64,000 nucleotides of DNA from an uncultured Planctomycetia bacterium (GTDB taxonomy: Bacteria > Omnitrophota > Gorgyraeia > Pluralincolimonadales > Pluralincolimonadaceae): NCBI GenBank assembly GCA_964484255.1, contig CAZAEH010000003.1, positions 19,937-83,936 of the forward strand. The letters are read 5' to 3'. Of the stretch, positions 54,812 to 64,000 are shown one piece after another. The notes under the pieces were generated by a model. It was not told where the DNA came from. It was given only the letters and a program-made list of their open reading frames with translations, and made no database searches. Positions within the stretch are counted from its first letter, which is position 1. Every line of letters starts with the position of its first letter. The position numbers and the translations under genes were made by a program.

Positions 54812-56127
54812 AGAACTTTAAAGGGTCGAAGGTTACCGTTGTCGGCCTCGCGAAGAGCGGTATAGCCGCCGCGCTGCTGCTGAATAGCAGGGGTGCGGTT
54901 GTCCTGGCGACGGACTCCGGGTATTCGAAAGCCCTGAGGCTGGCAAAGCGCGAGCTTATGGCCCGCGGGATCTCCGTAGAACTCGGCGGCCACAGCAGGA
55001 AATCTGTAGAGGGCAGGGACCTGGTGGTCGTAAGCCCCGGTGTCCCTGAATGTTCGCCTGTTTTTAAATGGGCGCGTGAGATGGGAATACCCGTGATAGG
55101 CGAGATAGAGCTCGGGTATCTTTGCTGTCCGGCGCCGATAATCGCGGTTACCGGTACCAATGGAAAGTCGACAACGACTACGCTTATAGGACGGATACTC
55201 AAGAAGGGCGGCAAACATGCAGTCGTTTGCGGAAATATAGGGGATCCTTTTTGCGGGGAGGTAGGCAAGGTAAGGAAAAATTCCGTGGTGGTCCTTGAGG
55301 TTAGCTCTTTTCAGCTGGAGGGAATAAGAGAATTCCATCCGCGGGTTTCCGTAGTGCTCAATATATCCCAAAACCATTTTGACAGACATCCCGACCTTAA
55401 GGCTTATATCAGGGCAAAAGCAATGATATTTGAGAACCAGGGAAAGACCGACCGGACGGTCTTGAATTTCGATGACCCCCTGACAAGAAAGCTTGCATCC
55501 GCGACCCGGGCGAAGGTATTGTTTTACTCCAGGCGTAAAGGTTCTCCTTCTCCCGTCTGCCGCCAGGAAGAGATGAAGATAAAGGGGGCGCACAATATGG
55601 AGAACCTACTTGCATGCCAGAGCGTTGCATCGATATTCGGGATAAGCAGGCGCAAGGTAAGGCAAGCTGTCATGGGATTCAAGGGCCTGGAGCACAGGTT
55701 TGAGCGCGTCAGGGAGATAGAAGGGGTCGAGTTCATAAATGATTCCAAGGGGACAACGGTCCTGGCAACGGTCATGGCCTTGGAATCGTGTCCAAGGCCC
55801 GTTATCTTGATAGCCGGAGGTCATGATAAGGGCAGTGATTTTACCAGGGCTTCGCGCGCAGTTGACTCGAAGGTGAAAAAACTCATCTTGATAGGCGAGG
55901 CTAAAAGTAAGATAAAAAAACAGCTTGGCAGGAATGTGCCGTGCATATTCGCCGGTTCAATGAAAGACGCGGTAGAAAAGGCATTCGCCTTAGCTTCCCG
56001 CGGCGATTGCGTTCTATTGTCTCCCATGTGTGCCAGCTTCGATATGTTCAAGAATTTCGAGGAGAGGGGGAGGGTTTTCAAGGATGAGGTGCGTTCATTG
56101 AAGAAAAGGCGAGGGAACCTCAAGTGA
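54808..56127 (+). CDS. murD: UDP-N-acetylmuramoylalanine--D-glutamate ligase
   Basis: Rossmann N-terminal domain (KVTVVGLAKSG), P-loop VTGTNGKSTTTTLIG. Confidence 0.9.
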   Translation: MKNFKGSKVTVVGLAKSGIAAALLLNSRGAVVLATDSGYSKALRLAKRELMARGISVELGGHSRKSVEGRDLVVVSPGVPECSPVFKWAREMGIPVIGEIELGYLCCPAPIIAVTGTNGKSTTTTLIGRILKKGGKHAVVCGNIGDPFCGEVGKVRKNSVVVLEVSSFQLEGIREFHPRVSVVLNISQNHFDRHPDLKAYIRAKAMIFENQGKTDRTVLNFDDPLTRKLASATRAKVLFYSRRKGSPSPVCRQEEMKIKGAHNMENLLACQSVASIFGISRRKVRQAVMGFKGLEHRFERVREIEGVEFINDSKGTTVLATVMALESCPRPVILIAGGHDKGSDFTRASRAVDSKVKKLILIGEAKSKIKKQLGRNVPCIFAGSMKDAVEKAFALASRGDCVLLSPMCASFDMFKNFEERGRVFKDEVRSLKKRRGNLK

Positions 56128-57227
56128 GGAGATTAAGGATACAGTTATTCATGGTGACTGTCATCCTGCTTGCTATAGGGGTGGTTATGGTCTACAGCGC
56201 GAGCGCCGTAAACGCCTATGAGACCCTCAAGGACAGCGCCTATTTCCTTAAGCGCCAACTCGTCTACCTTTTTCTCGGCGTCATAGCCTCCCTTATGATA
56301 ATGGCCGTGGATTATGATGTTATCAAGAAGTATGTAAAGCCCGTGCTCATGGTGACTTTTTTCCTTCTCGTGCTTGTCCTTGTACCGGGAATAAGCCGCG
56401 AGATATCAGGAGCCCACAGGTGGTTCCGGTTATTCTCCCTGAGCTTCCAGCCGTCGCAGGCCATGAAATTGGTTATGATACTGTATCTTGCGGATTTTCT
56501 TTCCAGGAAACAAAGTGATATACGCAGTTTTTGGGAAGGTTTTATGCCTCCCATGATAATACTTGGCGTTACTGTAGGGCTCATTTTGCTTGAACCGGAC
56601 CTCGGGACTTCCGTAGCCATAAGCATAGTGGCTGTCATAATGCTGTTTGTGGCCGGGATGAAACTTGCCCATCTTATACCGATGATCGTGGGTTCGGTAC
56701 CGGTACTATTGGTCCTCGTATTCCTTAAGGCATACAGGAAGAGGAGGATCCTGGCTTTCATAGATCCCTGGAGCGACCCTCAAGGTGTCGGTTTCCAGAT
56801 AATACAGTCTTTTATAGCTTTAGGTTCCGGGGGCCTGTTCGGCGTCGGGCTGGGCCAATCCCGGCAGAAACTGCTCTACCTGCCCGGGTGCCATACGGAT
56901 TTCATATTTTCAATAATAGGTGAAGAACTTGGGCTTGTCGGCGCGGGTGCCGTCATAATACTTTTTGTTCTGTTCATATGGCTGGGCTTCAGGATCGCCT
57001 TGAGGGCAAGGGACCTGTTCGGGCATCTTGCAGCGCTGGGTATCGTATCTATGATAGCTTTGGAGGCGATAATAAATATCGCCGTAGCCACGGGCTCCAT
57101 GCCGACAAAAGGCCTGCCCCTGCCTTTTATCAGCTATGGAGGTTCTTCCCTGATTTTCGATATGATGGGCGTGGCGTTGTTGCTTAACATTGCCAAATAC
57201 AGCGAGACACCTTATGAGAAGGAATAG
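56124..57227 (+). CDS. ftsW: SEDS-family peptidoglycan glycosyltransferase / lipid II flippase FtsW
   Basis: 367 aa, about 10 TM, conserved …QPSQAMKLVMILYLADFL… and …LPLPFISYGGSS… motifs. Confidence 0.85.
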   Translation: MRRLRIQLFMVTVILLAIGVVMVYSASAVNAYETLKDSAYFLKRQLVYLFLGVIASLMIMAVDYDVIKKYVKPVLMVTFFLLVLVLVPGISREISGAHRWFRLFSLSFQPSQAMKLVMILYLADFLSRKQSDIRSFWEGFMPPMIILGVTVGLILLEPDLGTSVAISIVAVIMLFVAGMKLAHLIPMIVGSVPVLLVLVFLKAYRKRRILAFIDPWSDPQGVGFQIIQSFIALGSGGLFGVGLGQSRQKLLYLPGCHTDFIFSIIGEELGLVGAGAVIILFVLFIWLGFRIALRARDLFGHLAALGIVSMIALEAIINIAVATGSMPTKGLPLPFISYGGSSLIFDMMGVALLLNIAKYSETPYEKE

Positions 57228-57230
57228 AGG

Positions 57231-58301
57231 ATGAAGGTGCTGATAGCCTGCGGCGGGACAGGCGGGCACATATTTCCCGGGCTCAGCCTTGCGCAGGAAC
57301 TGGACAGGCGGGGTATAAATGATCTACTCCTTGTAGGCACCGATCATCCGCTTGAAGTCAAGTTGTTTAGTTCTTTCGGGTTTCCGTATGTCCTCCTGCC
57401 GGTTGCTAAAATATCGGCCGATCCCGTGAAGTTCGTAAGATTCATATTCAGATTCCTTCACGCGTCAACGCGGTCGGCAAGACTACTGGCGGCTTATAAG
57501 CCGGATGTAATAGTTGGTTTCGGAGGCTACGCCTCTTTTCCCATATGTTTATTGGGCGCATTTATGGGACGGCCGTTATACCTGCATGAGCAGAATTGTG
57601 AGGCGGGCCTGGCCAACAGGATACTTGCCATTTTTGCTAAACGCGTTGCCGTTAGTTTTGAGGGAACAAAAAAAGCGTTCGGCGCAAAAGCGGTCTTTAC
57701 CGGCAACCCGATACGCAGGAAATTATTGTCGGCTTCAAAGGAAGATGCCCTGAAAAGTTACGGCCTTTCCGGGGATAGATTCACGATACTTGTACTCGGA
57801 GGAAGCCAGGGATCACAGCGGATAAACATGATAGTAGGTGACATGCTTGGGATATTGGATGACAGGGAGAAGGCCGGTATACAGATCATACACATAGCGG
57901 GAATGAAGAACTACGAGGATGTTTTTACAAGGTACAGGGCCTCCGGTATAGAGGCCTGTGTCTATGATTTTGTCGAAGACATAGGCAGTGCCTACGCGCC
58001 GTCGGACCTTGTGATATCAAGGGCGGGTGCTACCGCGCTCTTTGAGATAGCGGCCTTGGGCATACCGTCCATAATGATCCCTTACAGGTTTGCCGGGGGG
58101 CACCAGTATTTTAATGCCGCGGTTTTGGCGAAAGCAGGGGGGACGGTAATAATGCGCGAGGAGGGGCTTACTTCGCAGATGCTAAAAGATAAAGTATTCG
58201 GGTTAATCAGGGACAAGGATGCGCTTAGAGCCATGTCGGAGGCCGCAAAGAAATTTGCTGTTGCCGATGCGGCAGGGCGCCTGGCGGATTGTATACTATG
58301 A
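57231..58301 (+). CDS. murG: UDP-GlcNAc:undecaprenyl-PP-MurNAc-pentapeptide GlcNAc transferase
   Basis: MKVLIACGGTGGHIFPG N-terminus. GT28 C-terminal domain. Confidence 0.9.
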   Translation: MKVLIACGGTGGHIFPGLSLAQELDRRGINDLLLVGTDHPLEVKLFSSFGFPYVLLPVAKISADPVKFVRFIFRFLHASTRSARLLAAYKPDVIVGFGGYASFPICLLGAFMGRPLYLHEQNCEAGLANRILAIFAKRVAVSFEGTKKAFGAKAVFTGNPIRRKLLSASKEDALKSYGLSGDRFTILVLGGSQGSQRINMIVGDMLGILDDREKAGIQIIHIAGMKNYEDVFTRYRASGIEACVYDFVEDIGSAYAPSDLVISRAGATALFEIAALGIPSIMIPYRFAGGHQYFNAAVLAKAGGTVIMREEGLTSQMLKDKVFGLIRDKDALRAMSEAAKKFAVADAAGRLADCIL

Positions 58302-59707
58302 AAACGTTAAAGAAGAAGCATATACATTTTATAGGCATCGGCGGCATAGGGATGAGTGCGATAGCGTTCGTCCTGCTAAAGCAGGGCAATAAGGTCTCGG
58401 GTTCGGATGTGAAACGTTCAAGGATAGTGGAGAAGCTTGAATCCCTGGGAGGCAAGTTCCACGAAGGGCATCATGAGAAGAACATCAAAGGCGCCGATAT
58501 AGTGGTTTTTTCGTCTTCCATAACTCCCGAGAACCCGGAGATAAAAGCCGCCCGTAACAAAGGTATAACGATACTCCACCGCGCCGACATGCTTGCATTG
58601 GTGATGAACGGCAAGAAAGGAATAACGGTTACCGGCGCCCATGGCAAGACCACAACATCTTCGCTTATAGCCCACATATTGTTCAGGACGGGTTTGGACC
58701 CTACGGCTATACTCGGAGGAGAAGTGAAATCGCTTGAAGGCAACGCCAGGGTCGGGGAGGGGGAATATTTTGTTGTTGAAGCCGACGAGAGCGACGGCTC
58801 TTTCGTCCACCTCAGGCCTTTCTACAGCGTCGTGACGAATATTGATGCCGAACACCTTGATTATTACAGGAACATGGGCGAGATAATTGCATGGTACCTT
58901 AAGTTCATCGGGAAGATAAAACCTGGAGGTATGTTGTTTGCCTGCGGCGATTGTGATAACCTGAAAAGGGCATTAGGGGGTTACTCGGGTAACGTCTTTA
59001 CTTTCGGGCTTTCGAAGGGTTGCGATATCCATCCCGAGGATATAAAGACGCATGATTCCCATTCCGAGTTCGATGTCGTTTACCGCGGCAAGCACCTTGG
59101 GAGGGCGGCAATCAACATCCCCGGGATACACAATGTTTCCAATGCCCTGGCCGCTTTTGCCGTGGCGCTGGAACTCGGCCTGGATTTTTCCGCTATAAAG
59201 GAGGCGGTAGAGGATTTTACCGGGGCGGCACGCAGGTTCCAGGTGAAATATTCCGGGAACGGGATAAAGGTCATAGATGATTATGCGCACCACCCGTCGG
59301 AGATAAAAGCGACGATACTCGCAGCGAGGAACTGGGCGCCAAAGCGCCTTATAGTAGCTTTCCAGCCCCACAGGTTCTCCCGCACGAAATACCTTAAGGA
59401 CAAGTTCGGCAGGTGTTTTGACGCGGCGGATAAGCTGGTATTGACGGATATATACGCGGCTTCGGAAGAGGCGCTTGATAATGTCTCGGGCAGGAATATA
59501 TACGCTCAGGCAAAAGAATACGGGCATAAAGATGTTTCGTATGTCGATAAAAAAGACCTCAAACGACACCTGCTTGGGCAGCTTAAACGCGGTGATATGC
59601 TTTTAATGATGGGTGCAGGGGATATAACGACCATAGCGGATTCGATAGCAGGCGAGCTTTTATCCGGGAAGAAGAGGAGAATATGCCGGTCAGGGAAGAC
59701 GATCTGA
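58289..59707 (+). CDS. murC: UDP-N-acetylmuramate--L-alanine ligase
   Basis: HIHFIGIGGIGMSAIA; P-loop VTGAHGKTTTSS. Confidence 0.9.
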   Translation: MYTMKTLKKKHIHFIGIGGIGMSAIAFVLLKQGNKVSGSDVKRSRIVEKLESLGGKFHEGHHEKNIKGADIVVFSSSITPENPEIKAARNKGITILHRADMLALVMNGKKGITVTGAHGKTTTSSLIAHILFRTGLDPTAILGGEVKSLEGNARVGEGEYFVVEADESDGSFVHLRPFYSVVTNIDAEHLDYYRNMGEIIAWYLKFIGKIKPGGMLFACGDCDNLKRALGGYSGNVFTFGLSKGCDIHPEDIKTHDSHSEFDVVYRGKHLGRAAINIPGIHNVSNALAAFAVALELGLDFSAIKEAVEDFTGAARRFQVKYSGNGIKVIDDYAHHPSEIKATILAARNWAPKRLIVAFQPHRFSRTKYLKDKFGRCFDAADKLVLTDIYAASEEALDNVSGRNIYAQAKEYGHKDVSYVDKKDLKRHLLGQLKRGDMLLMMGAGDITTIADSIAGELLSGKKRRICRSGKTI

Positions 59708-60582
59708 AGTTCATAAAGGGTACGGTGAAATTCGAGGAACCCATGTCGGGCCACACAACATTCAAAATAGGCGGCCCGGCGGAGATATTCATATATCCTT
59801 CCGACGAAGAAGACCTCCTGGGGGTGCTTGAGTATGCTTATGGCCACAAGATGGGCGTTTTCGTGATAGGGGGAGGCAGTAAGCTCCTGGTCGGGGATAA
59901 AGGCATAAGAGGGTTCGTTATATCTCTTAACGCGCCTTCATTCAAGAAGCTGGATATTGAGGGCGATACGGTTATCGCTGGCTGCGGCTTGAAGATAAGC
60001 GAATTATTGAAGAAATGCTCCGCCGAGGGCCTGGGCGGGCTTGAATTCCTCTCCGGGATACCCGGAACGCTTGGAGGGGCGCTCGTAATGAATGCGGGCT
60101 GGCCTGCCAGGGCAATAGGCGATTATGTTGAGGAAGTCGCTTTGATAAGGGGCCTGGAGAAGATAGTACTTGGCAGGAACGGGCTTACGTTCTCATACCG
60201 CAGTTCGAACCTTGAGGGCAACGTCCTTTTGTCCGCGAAGTTGAAATTAGAGAAGAAACCTGTCGATAGGATAGAAGCCGAGATCAAAAGCAACCTGGAG
60301 AAGAAAAGGAAGACGCAGGACCTCGGCCATCCGAGCGTCGGCAGTCTCTTCCTTAACCCTTCCGGTAAGGTCCCTGCATGGCGGGTCGTAGAAAGTTGCG
60401 GGTTCAGGGGGAAGGCCGTAGGAGGCGCGGCAGTATCCGAAAAACACGCAAATTTTGTCGTAAATAAAGGCGGCGCTACAGCTGCCGATGTCCGGGCACT
60501 TATCGATGAAATACAAAAAAAGGTTTTTAAAGAACATCAAATTGTGTTAAAATTAGAAGCCAAACTCACAGGAGATTTTTAG
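59683..60582 (+). CDS. murB: UDP-N-acetylenolpyruvoylglucosamine reductase
   Basis: FAD-binding PCMH domain (TFKIGGPAE…IGGGSKLLV) plus the MurB C-terminal domain. Confidence 0.85.
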   Translation: MPVREDDLKFIKGTVKFEEPMSGHTTFKIGGPAEIFIYPSDEEDLLGVLEYAYGHKMGVFVIGGGSKLLVGDKGIRGFVISLNAPSFKKLDIEGDTVIAGCGLKISELLKKCSAEGLGGLEFLSGIPGTLGGALVMNAGWPARAIGDYVEEVALIRGLEKIVLGRNGLTFSYRSSNLEGNVLLSAKLKLEKKPVDRIEAEIKSNLEKKRKTQDLGHPSVGSLFLNPSGKVPAWRVVESCGFRGKAVGGAAVSEKHANFVVNKGGATAADVRALIDEIQKKVFKEHQIVLKLEAKLTGDF

Positions 60583-61484
60583 TGGATAAAAAATCCATGC
60601 GGATAGGCGTATTGATGGGAGGCCCTTCCGCTGAAAGGGAAGTTTCTCTGCGTTCCGGCAGGGCCATAAAGGACGCGCTTTCAGCCAGGGGATATAAAGT
60701 CATTGCGCTTGAGACATGGCTTCCTACGAGGCAGGAACTCAGATCCGCAGGTATAGACGTGGCTTTTATCGCGTTGCATGGAACCTTCGGTGAGGATGGC
60801 CAGATACAGTCGATCCTGGAGGATCTTAAGATACCCTATACAGGCTCCAAGGTGAAGGCCAGCAGGCTTGGCATGGATAAGGTGGCTTCAAGGATGCTCT
60901 TTAAAAAAGCCCGGCTCAATGTCCCTGATTGTCATGTGATCAGGAACGGTGTCCGCACGAGGAAGAAGCTTTGGACCCCTTTGGTCATAAAGCCGTCGGC
61001 TCAGGGATCTTCGGTAGGGGTATCTATAATAGATAACCTTGAAGAACTCGAGAATGCCGTTGCCGGCGCTTTCATGTTCGGGGAACGCGTTCTCCTGGAA
61101 AAGTTCATACCGGGAAGGGAGCTTACGGTGGGTATGCTTGATAACAGGCCTCTTCCGGTAGTCCAGGTGGTACCCAAGAGGCGTTATTATGACGAAGTGG
61201 CTAAGTATACGGTCGGGATGACCGAATATCTTTGCCCGGCGCCAATATCCGGGAAAGAAGCGAAACTGGCGCAGGATGCCGCGCTTAAGGCGCATAAGGC
61301 ATTGGGCTGTGCGAATTATTCAAGGGTCGATATGATAATCGATGACGGAGGCAAAGTGTTTGTCCTTGAGGTCAATACTATACCAGGGATGACAGAACTG
61401 AGCCTTCTGCCAAAAGCCGCGAAGGTTGCCGGGATAGATTTCCCCGAGCTCTGTGAAAGGATGCTGGATTCGGCATTTATCTGA
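60582..61484 (+). CDS. ddl: D-alanine--D-alanine ligase
   Basis: ATP-grasp; RIGVLMGGPSAEREVSLRSG N-terminus; EVNTIPGMT C-terminal motif. Confidence 0.9.
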   Translation: MDKKSMRIGVLMGGPSAEREVSLRSGRAIKDALSARGYKVIALETWLPTRQELRSAGIDVAFIALHGTFGEDGQIQSILEDLKIPYTGSKVKASRLGMDKVASRMLFKKARLNVPDCHVIRNGVRTRKKLWTPLVIKPSAQGSSVGVSIIDNLEELENAVAGAFMFGERVLLEKFIPGRELTVGMLDNRPLPVVQVVPKRRYYDEVAKYTVGMTEYLCPAPISGKEAKLAQDAALKAHKALGCANYSRVDMIIDDGGKVFVLEVNTIPGMTELSLLPKAAKVAGIDFPELCERMLDSAFI

Positions 61485-61486
61485 AT

Positions 61487-62284
61487 ATGGCGAGAAAAAG
61501 GAAAAATTCGAACGAGGCGGTAAAAAGATTAGGCGAGTTTATGAAGGAGAACAAAGCGGCAATCGCCGCCTTTCTCGTCATAATACTTATCTTGACAGGG
61601 GGCTTCCTCTGGCTCAATGATTTCTTCCGTTCGTCCGATTATTTTTCGGTAGACAAAATAGAAGTGGTGAAGCCGGGGAGGGAAGGCGCTTATCGCCTCC
61701 AGAAGGAATACTTCCGTCTTGAGTTCCCGGTGAATATTTTTACGGTCGACCCGGCGATACTTGCCGCGAAGATAAAGCAAAAGCATCCCGAATACCAGAT
61801 AGTGGTCATAACTAAATTCCTTCCCGACAGGATAATCGCGACCATAAAGGACAGGGAAGCCGTAGCCAGGATAAAGGTTGCAAGGGTGTTGCCGGTCGAT
61901 TTCGACGGGGTAGTAGTATCGGAGACGGCCAACCTTGATTCCCTGCCCCTTATTACTGGGCTTGAATCGCAGTTAGCTGATCCAAAGCCGGGGACCAAGG
62001 TCAAGTCCAAGAGGCTCAATACTGCCATGGGTATACTTAAACAGCTGTATTCCACGGGCGAGTTCAGGGATTCGCAGGTAGGGGTCCTGAACATGACCTA
62101 CCCTGAGAAGGCCTCGGTTTCTGTCGACGGGATAACCGTGATCCTGGGAAGCGGGGATATACAAGGCAAGCTTGACGTATTAGCGAGCATACTTGGCGAC
62201 CCTGAATTGGACAAAACCAAAGTGGATTCCATAGACCTGAGATTTACCGATCCGGTCATGACCTTCAAACCGGAGAAAAAATGA
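61487..62284 (+). CDS. ftsQ: cell division protein FtsQ/DivIB (POTRA domain)
   Basis: 265 aa. Short cytoplasmic N-terminus, single TM (IAAFLVIILILTGGFLWL), periplasmic POTRA-like region. Position between ddl and ftsA. Confidence 0.7.
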   Translation: MARKRKNSNEAVKRLGEFMKENKAAIAAFLVIILILTGGFLWLNDFFRSSDYFSVDKIEVVKPGREGAYRLQKEYFRLEFPVNIFTVDPAILAAKIKQKHPEYQIVVITKFLPDRIIATIKDREAVARIKVARVLPVDFDGVVVSETANLDSLPLITGLESQLADPKPGTKVKSKRLNTAMGILKQLYSTGEFRDSQVGVLNMTYPEKASVSVDGITVILGSGDIQGKLDVLASILGDPELDKTKVDSIDLRFTDPVMTFKPEKK

Positions 62285-63510
62285 AGAAGAAGACGATCGC
62301 GGGCCTGGATATCAGCGAAGACCTTGTAACATGTTCCATATGTGTTGGGGACGAAAAAGAAGGGGTGAGCCTGCTCGGCTCAGGAGTATCCCGTTCGCGG
62401 GGCATAGATAACGGCGTTATCACCGACCTGAGCGAAGTAGCACTCTCGGTCGCCGAAGCGGTCGAGAAAGCCGAAGCTTCCGCAAAGACCAAGATAATTT
62501 CGCTTCTCACGAGCTGCGACGGGGCCAGTTTGCGTTCTTACGAGATAAAGGGCAGCATAACGGTCGCGGAGAAAGAGAACGAGATAGGCCGCCGCGAGAT
62601 AGAGCGGGTAACCGAGTCCGCAAAGACCATAGTGCTTCCGTTTGACAGGGAGATAGTCCACTCGATAACCAGGGGTTTTATCCTGGACGGCCAGAATGGA
62701 ATAAAAGACCCGACTGGAATGTTCGGCACGCGCCTTGAGGTCGATATGGAATTCGTGACGGCCCTTATAACAAACCTGCATAACCTCAGGCGTGCGATAA
62801 ACACCGCCGGTTTCGAGATACAGGATATAGTGCTTTCCGGTATAGCCTCCGGCAGTGCGCTGCTTGAGGACCTTGATAAGGACCTTGGGGTGATATTGAT
62901 ATATATGTCTTATTCAGCCGTCCATATCGTTGTTTACGGAGGCGGCGATATAAAGTCGATAGAGATAATGCCTTTCGGAGGCGGGGACATTATACGTTCC
63001 GTAGCGGATGCCTTCAATATACCAAATGACTATGCGCAACAACTGATAAGGCGGGAAGTCAACCTTGATGATCCGCCTTCCGGCGGTAACGACGAGATAA
63101 CCTTGAGGATAGGCGGAACGAACAAGGCGATATCCAGAAAATCGCTCCACGACGCGGTAAGGCCCAAGGCAGAGGAACTCATAAATAACATCAGCGGTAC
63201 GCTTAAAAAGATGCGTTATTCCAAGGAAGCGGCCACCGGTTGTGTTATAGCCGGCGTGCTTTCCGATATGGGAGGTTTCCTGGAAATGTTCGAATTGTCT
63301 TTGAGCATGCCGGTAAAGATGGGACTGGTAAAAGGTATTGCGGGTGAAGGCCTGAATATAGCCGAGCCCGGGCAGATAGCCTCCCTCGGCCTGGCAAAGT
63401 ATTGGGCGAAAGAGGGGACAAAGAAGAAAGTCCGTAAAAAGTTCTTTGCCAATACGCCCCTGGGTAACGTTATCGACAGGGTGCAAGAGATATTCAGCGA
63501 GTATTTTTAA
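62281..63510 (+). CDS. ftsA: cell division protein FtsA
   Basis: Actin-like ATPase; N-terminus KKTIAGLDISEDLVTCSI; 409 aa. Confidence 0.85.
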   Translation: MKKKTIAGLDISEDLVTCSICVGDEKEGVSLLGSGVSRSRGIDNGVITDLSEVALSVAEAVEKAEASAKTKIISLLTSCDGASLRSYEIKGSITVAEKENEIGRREIERVTESAKTIVLPFDREIVHSITRGFILDGQNGIKDPTGMFGTRLEVDMEFVTALITNLHNLRRAINTAGFEIQDIVLSGIASGSALLEDLDKDLGVILIYMSYSAVHIVVYGGGDIKSIEIMPFGGGDIIRSVADAFNIPNDYAQQLIRREVNLDDPPSGGNDEITLRIGGTNKAISRKSLHDAVRPKAEELINNISGTLKKMRYSKEAATGCVIAGVLSDMGGFLEMFELSLSMPVKMGLVKGIAGEGLNIAEPGQIASLGLAKYWAKEGTKKKVRKKFFANTPLGNVIDRVQEIFSEYF

Positions 63511-63511
63511 T

Positions 63512-64000
63512 ATGGTCCCGGATAACCTGAAAAAGGTTCGTGAACGCATACGCCAGGCGGCGGAAAAGATCGGAAGGAACGACAGGGATATAACGCTTGT
63601 ATGCGTGACCAAGACCGTAGGGGTCCCGCAGATAGAGGAAGCCATTTCAGCAGGGGCTACCGATATAGGCGAGAGTTATATCCAGGCGGCCGAGATAAAA
63701 TACGCGGACATAGGCCATCGCGCAAAATGGCATCTTGTGGGACATCTTCAGACCAACAAGGTAAAAGAAGCCGTGAAGATGTTCGACCTCATACATTCCG
63801 TCGATTCTTTCAAGCTTGCGGAAGAGATATCAAAGAGGGCCGCGGCGTTTAAGGTGCCCAAAAAAGTCCTTATAGAAGTAAAGACCTCCGAGGAGGCCAC
63901 GAAATTCGGCGTGCTTCCCGAGCATACGCTTCAGTTGATAGAGAAGATATCCGAGCTTAAATTCATCAGGGTATGCGGATTGATGACGATGGCGCCCTTT
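63512..64000 (+). CDS. yggS: YggS/PLPHP-family pyridoxal-phosphate homeostasis protein (3' end outside window)
   Basis: Open frame from the ATG at 63512 to the window end: LKKVRERIRQAAEKIGRNDRDITLVCVTKTV…HLVGHLQTNKVK…, the alanine-racemase N-terminal-domain fold with the PLP-binding Lys in VTKT. It is not in the supplied track because it is unterminated. Confidence 0.75.
   Translation, partial: MVPDNLKKVRERIRQAAEKIGRNDRDITLVCVTKTVGVPQIEEAISAGATDIGESYIQAAEIKYADIGHRAKWHLVGHLQTNKVKEAVKMFDLIHSVDSFKLAEEISKRAAAFKVPKKVLIEVKTSEEATKFGVLPEHTLQLIEKISELKFIRVCGLMTMAPF

Noticed and set aside
62914-63645. 243-aa minus-strand ORF antisense to ftsA/yggS
   Set aside because: It overlaps two well-supported + strand genes and has no motif support.

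Overview
This window is a bacterial chromosomal segment of about 50% GC. Genes are overwhelmingly on the + strand and densely packed, and many junctions are ATGA or TAATG start/stop overlaps. The organism's taxon cannot be determined from the sequence alone.

The conserved backbone, in order, is:
- ruvB (3' end), a SpoIID/LytB-domain protein, queA, tgt, yajC, a fused secDF, a CDF cation transporter, recJ, rpmB (minus strand), recG, rsmD, coaD.
- yceD, rpmF, plsX, fabH, fabD, fabG, acpP, fabF (the classical fatty-acid/phospholipid cluster).
- A short-chain acyl-CoA dehydrogenase followed by etfB and an etfA that carries a fused N-terminal 2x[4Fe-4S] ferredoxin domain.
- A membrane sensor-HAMP-GGDEF protein.
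- A secreted protein built from about 13 tandem 30-residue repeats.
- cvpA, a Nif3-family gene, dnaG, rpoD, tRNA-Met(CAT), tRNA-Val(CAC), a COG1579 zinc-ribbon coiled-coil protein, RNase HI, the RNase P RNA (rnpB) and pilT.
- A complete dcw cluster: mraZ, rsmH, ftsL, ftsI, murE, murF, mraY, murD, ftsW, murG, murC, murB, ddl, ftsQ, ftsA.
- After ftsA the next gene is yggS (partial, runs off the window); there is no ftsZ between them.

The stand-out region is 24.37-39.23 kb. It has, in order:
- A consensus sigma70 promoter and a 64-aa excisionase-type HTH gene.
- A 1282-aa lipoprotein with several TolC/OEP-like segments.
- A translationally coupled 3119-aa protein. This combines an N-terminal membrane anchor, a periplasmic region carrying a GH8-like signature, and a C-terminal polytopic processive-GT2 (cellulose-synthase-like) domain.
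- Convergent to it, a lower-GC gene with an NDP-sugar pyrophosphorylase-like motif.

I read this as a candidate undescribed synthase-dependent glycan synthesis and export module.

Other points of interest:
- rsmH has no canonical start codon upstream of its conserved N-terminus and is in frame with the mraZ TGA stop.
- The mraZ leader has a textbook promoter, three GTGG operator repeats at 10-bp phasing, and a long-range helix with a GNRA hairpin.
- The Bcd/EtfAB trio looks like a bifurcating type and is appended to a fab cluster that lacks an enoyl-ACP reductase.
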